Part shown: positions 49,300 through 59,857 of the stretch, piece by piece
Numbering within the stretch: position 1 is the stretch's first letter
How the letters are laid out: every line of letters begins with the position of its first letter
From: Sphyrna mokarran
Taxonomy: Eukaryota
Length of the DNA: 64,000 nt
Direction of reading: 5' to 3'
Assembly (NCBI GenBank): GCA_024679065.1
Contig: JAGIQG010000003.1
Span: forward strand, 25,916,001 to 25,980,000
Made by a program: the position numbers and the translations under genes
The notes under the pieces: model-generated
Database searches by the model: none
Seen by the model: only the letters and a program-made list of their open reading frames with translations
What the model was told of the DNA's origin: nothing

Positions 49300-50490
49300 A
49301 AGATGGCTCAGTGCATCTTCAAATTGATTTTTTATATATACACACAATGAAATATCCAACAATACAGCAATACGCTCGCTAGCTCGTACACAGGTTCCTC
49401 CCTGAGTCAGGACCTGTGTCCTTGCTCCCAATTGGCTTGGCTTCCCATGCAGCCTCTCCATAGGGTCCAACCCAAGCACATGGCCCAAACTCTTTATCCC
49501 CTAATTCCTGATTTCACCTATGAATGAAGAAAAAGGATCATCATAAATTATTGGGATGTAAGACACAACAACACATCAGAAATACCCCTTGGAAAATCTC
49601 ATCATAACGTCAATCAATCTGGAGACTTCCAAACTCTGGCGGAACGTTTAAGCTCGGTACTGGATTCCTCAGTGAATAAAGAATCCGGATGGGCAAATGC
49701 AAAAGTCAAACTCATGAATTCTGCATCAACATCCTCCTCAGTAGCTATTGTCTCCTCAGCTTTGGAAATTGCTGGACCCCTTGGCTCCATGTTAACAATA
49801 GGAATCTTTGAATCAGCAACTGGCAACCATGAGCCTGCCACAGGACACACCTGTCGGTCCATGTATCAGGCTCAATTGTTCGACTTTTTTTTACCCGATT
49901 TCCTTGTACAACATAGCAGACCAGTCCTGTACTTTCCACAATTATGCCAGCCATATCAATCCAGCTTTAAAATTCTTTGCCATGACTAAATCATCAACTT
50001 GGAATACTCTGTTACTTTCTCTTGGTTTTCTTTCCAAGAGGCTTGCCTAGCCTCCACCCTTGCTGCCAAAATTGGAAATACCAAATCTGAATGAATTCAT
50101 TGGCAATGTCCCAGTAGTTATGCAGCTAGTGTAACCCCTGTGCTTGCATTTGGCATGGTATTGTATAACAACAAAAACATGGCCAAGCTTAAAAGCTGTG
50201 GCCAATGAAATTGCTTTTCATAGGTGACTTGAACCTTTGTACAGCTGGTTCTGCTAACGCATTGAAAGCTGGATGATAAGAGACCTATTGAAGATGGTGA
50301 ATACCATTTGATGTAACAAATTTTTGAAATTCTTCTGCTGTAAATGCTGTGCCATTGTCTGACTTTAAGACTTGTGGAATGTCATAGATAGCAGAAATCT
50401 GCCACAATTTGCCAATGGTGTCTGTGGCTGTTGTAAACTTCATCAATTGGACATCCAGCTATTTAGAATGAGGATCGGCTTAGATGAGGG
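49300..50490 (-). mobile_element. Gypsy LTR retrotransposon integrase and 3' end, decayed (copy 1)
   Basis: Paralogue of 56850-58048; C-terminal ELKRSARVWKSPD motif. Confidence 0.8.
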
Positions 50491-50654
50491 GCATAGAAGA
50501 TAGAAAAACTACAGCAACAACAGGCCCTTCGACCCACAAGTTGCGCCGAACATGTTCCTACCTACTAGGCTTACCTGTGACCCTCTATCTTACTAAGTCT
50601 CTAAGATAGAGGGTTATAGGTAAGCCTAGTAAGTTAAAAAGCCCCTTGGACATA

Positions 50655-50972
50655 TGAACAGAATTATAAAATCTCTACAGTGCAGAAGGAGGCCACTCAG
50701 CCCATCAAGTCAGCACTAACCACAATCTCAAACAGGCCCTATTCCCAGATGTTTCCCCTGCTATCCCCTAACACTAGGGTCAATTTAGCATGGGCAGTCA
50801 ACCTAACCCCCACACACTTTTGGACTGTGGGAGGAAATCAGAACACCGGGAAGAAACCCATGCAGGGGAGAATGTGCAAATTCCACAGAGACAGTGATCC
50901 ATGGTTGGAATTGAACCCAGTTGCCTGGCACTGTAATGGAGCAGTGCTAACCACTGTGCTACATGCCACCCC
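50655..50972 (-). mobile_element. HE1-like SINE (copy 2), preceded by a LINE 3' tail at ~50492-50600
   Basis: Homologous to 45752-46068. Confidence 0.8.
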
Positions 50973-51066
50973 AAATGTTTTAGAAGATGTAAAGATTATT
51001 GTAATTGTTGAATATTTAGATGTAAAAATGTCTCAATAGAAATAGTCGTACGTAAATTTGATGTAG
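50973..51066 (-). pseudogene. Mucin-type exon C remnant (copy 2); further copies at 54467-54561 and 58518-58611
   Basis: Truncated by the SINE; copies 3 and 4 carry an in-frame TAA and copy 3 has lost its acceptor. Confidence 0.6.
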
Positions 51067-51368
51067 CTGTGTAAACAAAATCAATCTTTCGTCTTTAAAT
51101 ATGACATGAACTTAATCTTACTCATCCAACATAAAGTGCATGCTTTTACTCCTAACATATTTCCAATTTCCAATCAGGATGCCCTAGTTTTCTTGTATTG
51201 TTAATTGCTCTTATTCCAGGTATGATAAAAAAGTGACAAAATGTAATCAGTATTTAAATCAATCATCAACTCTCACAGGATTGAATCATTTTCAGTACCA
51301 TCAGAATGGTACCGGTCCTATTGTTTTTGAACTGATTCATGTTGCTGAACTCATTGTTGTGGACTCAC

Positions 51369-51485
51369 TTGTTAATATTTGAGTGGATCTGTCTGTAGTT
51401 GTTAGTTCTGGTGTACTTGCTGGTATTGTTGTAACAGTTGACTGTTCGGGAGTAGAAGATGTCACAGCGGGATTAGTTGATGTAG
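51369..51485 (-). CDS. Mucin-like exon B, copy 2
   Basis: 117 nt, cag|...A|gtgagt, open. Confidence 0.7.
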
Positions 51486-51544
51486 CTGTGTAAAGAAAAA
51501 TCAAACTTTAGTCTCAAGGTATAACATAAGTTTATTCTGACTTA

Positions 51545-52390
51545 TTCAAGGAGAATGGAGATTTCCCATGAAACACTGATCAAAAAAAGATTGGAGGAAA
51601 TCAATCTGTGGATACTCTAGAGTAGGAGAGAAGGATTCAGGGCACTCTTGCGGCTTTCTCAAAGGGCTCTTGGGAGAAGTTTAGAGAGCAAAAATCTTCA
51701 ACATTATGGAAAACAACCAGAGCTGCACCATTCACTGCCCTATCAAAGATTCAAAGGGCATTCAAAATCTGAGATGTCAGTGAATATCGAGGATGAAGGA
51801 ACATTGAGGACAACTTTGTATAAGACTGTTAGAAAAAGATGTAGAATGATTTCCCATTGATCTTCCAGGAGGACTACTTTCTGTAGGCAGTAGTTATAAA
51901 GTCACACTTCCACACCAAATTGGGAAGAATTGCTGAGAATATGGATATGAGGCAGCCTCAAATTCTGCCATAAGAAAAATTTCCTATAGGCAATCAATTC
52001 AGGACAAGATTGCTGTTTAGGATTCTACAGGTTCAGATGTGCTAAAGATTTGTTGCAGTATCCATGCCAATTCCTTGCTCTGGAGGGAAGACTCTTATCT
52101 GGGACTGGATAGGGCTGCAACTGACTCTCACCCCTTTGAAGGTGTTAGCTCTTTAGCAACATGATCCTCATAAGACTCTAACTTGGACTGAGGTAAAGTC
52201 ATAGAATCGCGAGTGGCAATCTTACCAAAATATTTCCAAATGCCAAATGAATGTGAAAAGAGAGAGAATTGTACCCATTTATTTCAGTGATGTGATCCTG
52301 TGCCATTTAATGCAAAAAATGAGGTAAAGTGTGATTCGCACCAGTTAAGAGAGTGGATGGATTCTATTATTGCCAGAAACCCAGCTGATA
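51545..52390 (+). mobile_element. Decayed Gypsy-like fragment (copy 2, shortened by the deletion that removed exon A)
   Basis: Homologous to 48400-49228. Confidence 0.5.
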
Positions 52391-52469
52391 ATAGCTAGAA
52401 TGCTTGTAGGAACAGTTGATGTAGCTGTGTAAACAAGATGAAGCTTGTAGTAATTTTAACCATGACTCA

Positions 52470-53668
52470 TTGTGACTTCAAGCAATAATTGAATTTTTTT
52501 ATACATATACAATGAAATATCTGACAGAACGGCAATATGCTCGCTCGCTCAAACACAAGTTTCTCCCTGAGCCAGGACCTACGTCCTTGCTCCAAACTGG
52601 CTTGGCTTCCCATGCAGCTTTACCACAGGCTCCAATCCAAGCATATGGTCCACATTCCTTACCCCCTAACTCCAGAGTTCAGCTATGAATGGAAAAAAAG
52701 GACCATCATTAATCATAGGTATTTAAGACACAACAACACATCAGGGATACCCCCTGGAAAAACACATCATAAAGTCAATCAATCTGGAGACTTCTGAACT
52801 GGGGAGGGGAACGTTTGAGCTCGGTACTGGGCTCCTCAGTGAATAAAAAATCCGGGTGGGCAGATGCAAAAGTCAATCTCATTAGTTCTGCGTCAACATC
52901 CTCCTCGGTAGTTAATGTCCCCTCAACTTTGGAAATTGCTGGTCCACTTGGCTCCATATTAATAATAGGAATCTCTGAATCAGCAACTGGCAAACATGAG
53001 TCCTCCACAGGACACACCAGTTGGTCCATGTATCAAGCCCAACTCTCCTTCTAATTGTCGACTTTTTTTTTTACCCAATTTCCTTGTACAACGTAGCAGA
53101 CCAGTCCTGTTGTTTCCACAATTTTACCAGCCATTTCAATCCAGCTGTAAAATTCTTCACCATGACTAAATCATCAACTTGGAAAATTCTGTCAATTTGT
53201 CCTGGTTTTCTTTCCAGGAAGCTTGCCTAGCCTCCACCCTTGCTGCCAAAATTGGAAGTACCAACTCTGAATGGATTCATAGGCAATGTCGCAGTAGTTA
53301 TGCAGCTGGTGTAACCCCTGTGGTTGCATTCAGCATGGTATTGTATGACAACAAGAAACATGGCCAAACATAAAAGCAGTGGCCAATGAAATTGCTTTTC
53401 ATAGATGACTTGAACTTTTGTGCAGCTGGTTCTGCTAACACATTGGAAGCTAGATGGTAAGGGACCTACTGAAGATGGTGAATACTGTTTGATGTAACGA
53501 ATTTTTGAAATTCTTCTGCTTTAAATGCTGTGCCATTGTCTGACTTTCAGACTTGTGGAATGTCATAGATAGCAAAAATCTGCCACAATTTGCCAGTGGT
53601 GATTGTGGCTTGTAGACTTCATCAATTGGACATCCAGGCATTTAGAATGAGGATCGGCCTGGATGAGG
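52470..53668 (-). mobile_element. Gypsy integrase and 3' end, decayed (copy 2)
   Basis: Homologous to 56850-58048. Confidence 0.8.
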
Positions 53669-53821
53669 AACATAGAACATAGAAAAACTAAAGCACAAAC
53701 AGTCCCTTCAGCCCACAAGCTGCGCCGACCATTCCCCTACCTACTAGGCTTACCAATATCCCTCTATCTTACCAAGTCCCTAGTGCTTCTTCAAAATCTC
53801 TTAAAAGATTCTTGGACATAT

Positions 53822-54466
53822 GAATAGCATCATAGAATCCCTACAGTGCAGAAGGAGGCCACTCAGATCATCAAGTCTGCACTGACCACAATCCCACATA
53901 GGCCCTATTCCCAAATGTTCATCCTGCTAATCCCCTAACACTATGGTCAATAAAGCACGGCCAATCAACCTAATCCACACATTTTTGGACTGTGGGAGAA
54001 AGCAGAGCTCCCAGAGGAAACCCATGTAGGGGAGAATGTGCAAACTCCACAGAGACCAGCCCATGGAAAATCCTGCTCATGATTTCATATTGTTGTTAAA
54101 ATGTAGAATAATATACATTGGGGAGAAGTTTAGTATAAAGGGTTAACAGATGGGATATGCTGGTGTATGATGCAGGTGATGATGATATACCACTGATATC
54201 AGTAAGCCATATGTTTGACATTTGCATGAGAGGTTCGAGTTATGCCTTGGAGCAACATGCCTACTTTGTAACATGTTTCGATGTTGCATTAATAAGTGTT
54301 AAGTAAGTACCAGAGGATGTCTACAGTCTGCCAAAGCACCATTTCCCATGACTAGAGTGCAAGTTGGAGGATCTGTCTCAGATCAACTCCACCCGAGGTT
54401 GGAATTGAACTCACGTCCCTGGCGCTATGTGGGAATAGTGCTAATCACTTTGCTACATGTCATCCC
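53822..54466 (-). mobile_element. HE1-like SINE (copy 3) interrupted by a ~330-bp insert (54057-54390)
   Basis: SINE halves flank a copy of the sequence seen at ~48040-48365 and ~55548-55876. Confidence 0.8.
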
Positions 54467-54869
54467 AAATGTTGTAGAAGATGTGAAAATTATTGTAGTT
54501 GTTGATTATTTAGATGTAAAAAATGTCTCAATAGAAATAGTTGTAGAATAATTTGATGTAACTTTGTAAACAAAATCAATCTTTAGTCTTTAAATATAAC
54601 ACAAACTTAATCTTACTTATCCAATATAAAGTGTATGTGTTTAATTCTAACATATATAATATTGTTATTTCCAATCAGGATACCCTTGTATTCTTGTGTT
54701 GTTAATTATTCTTACGCCAGCTGTGATTACAAAGTGACAAAATGTAATCAGTATTTAAATCAATCATCAATTCTCACAGGATTGAATCATTTTCAGTACC
54801 ATCAGAATGGTACTGGTCCTATTGTTTTTGAACTGATTCATGTTGCTGAACTCATTGTTGTGGACTCAC

Positions 54870-54983
54870 TTGTTAATATTTGAGTGGATCTCTCTGTAGT
54901 TGTTAGTTCTGGTGTACTTGCTGGTATTGTAACAGTTGACTGTTTGGGAGTAGAAGATGTCGCAGCAGGATTAGTTGATGTAG
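54870..54983 (-). CDS. Mucin-like exon B, copy 3 (in-frame 3-nt deletion)
   Basis: 114 nt, cag|...A|gtgagt, open. Confidence 0.7.
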
Positions 54984-55306
54984 CTGTGTAAAGAAAAATC
55001 AAACTTTAGTCTCAGAGTATAACATAAGCTTATTCTGAGTTCCTGTACTTAAATAGCATGATGGCAATTCTAATAAAAGTAATGTTCCATTCCGGATGTC
55101 TTTTTTATATCATGCATTTTATTACTTCAGCTCTCATTATGAAGCAACAAACTATCATCAATTCTTCATGCAATCATAACTCTGGAATGAGTTTAATTAT
55201 TTTGAGAAACAACAGCCTGCAATTTCAATTTAAAGGACAATCTGATCCTTAGTATTTCCTATTGCTGTTAGTCTGATATCTGTTGTTGAGCGTGTTATGA
55301 ACTCAC

Positions 55307-55456
55307 TTGCTAAGAGCTGAGTGGAACTCTGTGTAGTTTATACTCCAGGTGAACTTGGTGATGTTGTAGTTGATGTAAAGATTGGTATTGTAGTTATTGA
55401 TTGGACAGGTGTAGAAGGTGTTGCAGCAGGAGAGCTTGTAGGAGGGGCTGATGAAA
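55307..55456 (-). CDS. Mucin-like exon A, copy 3, with a replacement acceptor
   Basis: Original acceptor deleted; gactacag|TT TCA TCA GCC restores a 150-nt phase 1-1 open exon ending A|gtgagt; weak pyrimidine tract. Confidence 0.45.
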
Positions 55457-55599
55457 CTGTAGTCTTTAAATATAACGTCAGTTTTATCTTACCGGTCCCA
55501 CTTCAATTGCATTATGTTAATTTTAAAAAATGCCAACCGAAATTCTCCAGTCCATGGAAAATCCTGCCCATGATTTCATATTGTTGTTAAAATGTAGAA

Positions 55600-56770
55600 T
55601 AATATACATTGGGGAGAAGTTTAGTATAAAGGGTTAACAGATGGGATATGCTGATGTATGATGCAGGTGATGATGATATAGCACTGATATCAGTAAGCCA
55701 TATGTTTGACATTTGCAAAAGAGGTTCGAGTTATGCCTTGGAGCAACATGCCTACTTTGTAAGCTGTTTAGATGTTGCACTAATAAATAAGTGTTAAGTA
55801 AATATCAGAGCATGTCTACGGTTTGCCAACGCACCATTTCCCATGCTTAGAGTGCAAGTTGGAGGATCCATCTCAGAACACCTTTTATGGATTGCATAAT
55901 GATTGAACTGCAAGGAGAATGAAGATTTTCCAGTGAAACACTGATCAAGAAAAAAGTGAAGGAATTCAATTTGTGGATACTCTGAAGTAGAAGAGAAAGA
56001 CCAAGGAACTTGAGGAACTTGTGCTTTTCTCAAAGAGCTCCTGGGAGAAGTTTCAGAAGAGCAAAAATCTTCAACATTATGGAAAACAACCAGAGCTGCA
56101 CCATTCACTGCCCTATCAAAGATTGAAAGAGCATTCAAAATCTGAGATGTCAGTGAACATCGAGGATGAAGGAAAATTAAGGGCAACTTTGTGTAAGACT
56201 GTTAGGAAAAGATGTAGAATGATTTCCAATTGATCTCCAGGAGGACTACTTTCTGTAATCAGTGGTTATAAAGTCACACTTCTCTCTATCTGATATGGTT
56301 CCACACCAAATCGGGAAGAATTGCTGAGAATATGGAGCTGAGGCAGCCTCAAATTCTGCCATAAGAAAAATGTCCTATAGGCAAGCAATTTAGGACAAGA
56401 TTGCTGTTTAGGATTCTACAGCTTCAGGTTTGTTGCAGTATCCACGCTGATTTCTTCTTCTGAAGAGAAGACTCACATCTGGGACTGGATAGGGCTACAA
56501 CTGACTCTCACCCCTTTGAATGTGTTAGCTCTTTAGCAACATGATCCTCTATAGATTCTAACTTGGACTGAGGTAAAGTCATAGAATCACGAGGGGCAAT
56601 CTTACCAAAATAATTGCAAGTGCCAAATGAATGTGAAAAGAGGAGAGAATTGTACCCATTTATTTCAGTGATGTGATCCTGTGCCATTTAATGCAAAAAA
56701 TGAGGTAAAGTATGATTCGCACCAGTTAAGGGAGTGGATGGATTCTATTATTGCCAGAAACCCAGCTGAT
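55600..56770 (+). mobile_element. Decayed Gypsy-like fragment (copy 3)
   Basis: Homologous to 48095-49228. Confidence 0.5.
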
Positions 56771-56849
56771 AATAGCTAGAATGCTTGTAGGAACAGTTGA
56801 TGTAGCTGTGTAAACAAGATGAAGCTTGTAGTAATTTTAACCATGACTC

Positions 56850-58048
56850 ATTGTGACTTCAAGCAATAATTGAATTTTTTTATACATATACAATGAAATA
56901 TCTGACAGAACGGCAATATGCTCGCTAGCTTGAACACAAGTTCCTCCCTGAGCCAGGACCTACGTCCTTGCTCCCAACTCGCTTGCCTTCCCATGCAGCC
57001 TTTCCACAGGGTCCAACCCAAGCACATGTTCCACACTCCTTACCCCCTAACTCCAGAGTTCATCTATGAATGGAAAAAAAGGACCATCATTAATTATAGG
57101 TATTTAAGATACAACAACACATCAGGGATACCCCCTGGAAAAACACATCATAAAGTCATGCAATCTGGAGACTTCCGAACTCAGGGGGAACATTTGAGCT
57201 CGGTACTGGGCTTCTCAGTGAATAAAAAATCCGGGTGGGCAGATGCAAAAGTCAAACTCATTAATTCTGCATCAACACCCTTCTCAGTAGCTAATGTCTC
57301 CTCAACTTTGGAAATTGCTGCTCCGCTTGGCTCCATATTAACAATAGGAATCTCTGAATCAGCAACTGGCAAATATGAGTCCGCCACAGGGCACACCAGT
57401 TGGTCTATGTATCAAGCCCAACTCTCCTCATCTGTTCAACTTTTTTTTTACCCGATTTCCTTATACAACATAGCAGAACAGTCCTGTTGTTTCCACAATT
57501 TTTCCAGCCATTTCAGTCCAGCTGTAAAATTCTTCACCATGACTAAATCATCAACTTGGAAAATTCTGTCACTTTGTCCTGGTTTTCTTTCCAAGAAGCT
57601 TGCCTAGCCTCCACCTTTGCTGCCAAAATTGGAAATACCAACTCTGAATGGATTCATAGGCAATGTCGCAGTAGTTATGCAGCTGGTGTAACCCCTATGG
57701 TTGCATTCGGCATGGTATTGTATGACAACAAGAAACATGGCCAAGCATAAAAGCAGTGGCCAATGAAATTGCTTTTAATAGATGACTTGAACTTTTGTGC
57801 AGCTGGTTCTGCTAACACATTGGAAGCTGGGTGGTAAGGGACCTACTGAAGATGGTGAATAATGTTTGATGTAACAAATTTTTGACATTCTTCTGCTGTA
57901 AATGCTGTGCCATTGTCTGACTTTAAGACTTGTGGAATGTCATAGATAGTAAAAATCTGCCACAATTTGCCAATGGTGTCTGTGGCTGTTGTAGACTTCA
58001 CCAATTGGACATCCAGGTATTTAGAATGAGCATCGGCCTGGATGAGCA
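56850..58048 (-). mobile_element. Gypsy integrase and 3' end, decayed (copy 3)
   Basis: ORF 57843..58097 LIQADAHSKYLDV...KSTTATDTIGKLWQIF...SDNGTAFTAEECQKF matches an rve integrase core. Confidence 0.88.
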
Positions 58049-58201
58049 ACATAGAACATAGAAAAACTACAACACAAACAGTCCCTTTGGCCCACAAGCT
58101 GCGCCGACCTTATTCCTACCTATTGGACTTAACTGTATCCCTCTATCTTACTAAGTCCTATGTACTTCTCCAAAAATCTCTTAAAAGACTCTTGGACATA
58201 T

Positions 58202-58517
58202 GAACAGAATCATAGAATCCCTACAGTGCAGAAGGAAGCCACTCAGATAATCAAATCTGCACTAACCATAATCCCACATAGGCCCTATTCCCAGATGTTT
58301 ACTCTGCTAATCCTCTAACACTAGGGTTAATATAGCATGGCCAATCAACCTAACCCACACATTTTTGGACTGTGGGAGAAAGCAGAGCTCCCAGAGGAAA
58401 CCCATGTAGGGGAGAATGTGCAAACTCCATTGAGACTGTGACCCAAGGTTGGAATTGAACTCAGGTCCCTAGTGCTGTAAGGGAATAATGCTAATCACTG
58501 TGCTACATGTCACCCCA
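58202..58517 (-). mobile_element. HE1-like SINE (copy 4), preceded by a LINE 3' tail (catagaacatagaa) at ~58050
   Basis: Homologous to 45752-46068. Confidence 0.8.
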
Positions 58518-58904
58518 AATGTTGTAGAAGATGTGAAAATTATTGTAGTTGTTGATTATTTAGATGTAAAAAATGTCTCAATAGAAATAGTTGTAGAATA
58601 ATTTGATATAGCTGTGTAAACAAAATCAATCTTTAGTCTTTAAGTATAACATGAACTTAATCTTACTTATCCAACAAAATGTGCATGCTTTTAATCCTAA
58701 CATATCCAATCAGGATGCCCTTGTATTTTTGTATTGTTAATTGCTCTTGTTCCAGCTGTGATTACAAAGTGACAAAATGTAATCAGTATTTAAATCAATC
58801 ATAAACTCTCACAGGATTGAATCATTTTCAGTACCATCAGAATGGTACCGGTCCTATTGTTTTTGAACTGACTCATGTTGCTGAACTCATTGTTGTGGAC
58901 TCAC

Positions 58905-59021
58905 TTGTTAGTACTTGAGTGGACCTCTCTGTAGTTGTTAGCTCTGGTGTACTTGCTGGTATTGTTGTAACAGTTGACTGTTCGGGAGTAGAAGATGTCG
59001 CAGCAGGATTAGTTGATGTAG
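58905..59021 (-). CDS. Mucin-like exon B, copy 4
   Basis: 117 nt, tgcacag|...A|gtgagt, open. Confidence 0.7.
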
Positions 59022-59344
59022 CTGTGCAAAGAACAATCAAACCTTAGTCTCAGAGTATAACATAAGCTTATTCTTACTTCCTGTACTTAAATAGCATGAT
59101 GGCAATTCTGACAAAAGTAATGTTCCATCCAGGATGTCTTTTTAATATCGTGCATTTCATTATTTCAGCTCTCATTATGAAGCAACAAACTATCATCAAT
59201 TCTTTATGCAATTATAACTCTGGAATGAGTTTAATTATTTTGAGAACCATCAGTCTACAATTTCAGTTGAAAGAACAATCTGATCCTTAGTATTTCCTAT
59301 TGCTGTTCGTCTGATATCTGTTGTTGAGCGTGTTATGAACTCAT

Positions 59345-59494
59345 TTGCTAATAGCTGAGTGGAACTCTGTGTAGTTTTTACTCCAGGTGAATTTGCTGAT
59401 GTTGAAGTAGATGGAACGATTGGTATTGTAGTTATTGATTGTACAGGTGTAGAAGATGTCACAGCAGGAGAGCTTGTAGGAGCGGCTGATGTAG
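59345..59494 (-). pseudogene. Mucin-like exon A, copy 4: acceptor intact, no GTGAGT donor
   Basis: Reads GCA AAT GAG instead of GCA A|GTGAG; the frame runs on to a stop at 59250. Confidence 0.5.
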
Positions 59495-59857
59495 CTGTGT
59501 AAACAAGATGAAACTTTAATTTTCAAATATAACATCAGTTTAATCTTACCTGTCTCACTTCAATTGCATTTTGTTAATTTAAAAAAAAATGTCAGCTGGA
59601 ATTCTCCAGGCCATGGAAAATCCTGCCCATGGTTTCATATTATTGTTAAAAAGTAGAATAATATACGTTGGGGAGAAGTTTAGTATAAAGGGTTAACAGA
59701 TGGGATATGCTGATGTATGATGCAGGTAATGATGATGTATCACTGATATTAGTAAGCCATATGCTTGAAATTTGCAATAATCAATTCTTCATGAATCATA
59801 ACTCTGGAATGAGTTGAATTATGTCCCATGAACAGACCTGCAAGTCTTTATGCAGTC

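Larger units (their letters stand above)
299..59494 (-). other. Partial multi-exon gene: mucin-like (PTS) exons followed by a tandem array of calcium-binding EGF exons; large extracellular glycoprotein with both ends outside the window
   Basis: All exons are on the minus strand and phase 1-1, with yAG acceptors and GT donors in the intact copies. The last mucin exon (ends GGA G|gtaaga) joins in frame to the first EGF exon ((G)AT GTT GAT GAG TGT). No start, transmembrane or terminal exon seen. Confidence 0.85.
45750..59780. repeat. Mucin-region higher-order repeat, 3 full copies plus 1 partial, period ~3.5-4.0 kb
   Basis: Exon B acceptors at 47455, 51485, 54983 and 59021; the order SINE-C-B-A-Gypsy(+)-D-Gypsy(-)-LINE tail recurs; copy 2 lacks exon A. 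Confidence 0.9.

Noticed and set aside
56918-57607. 229-aa + strand ORF as a novel gene
   Set aside because: It is antisense to a decayed Gypsy integrase/3' region and is broken in the paralogous copies at 49.4-50.0 kb and 52.5-53.2 kb.
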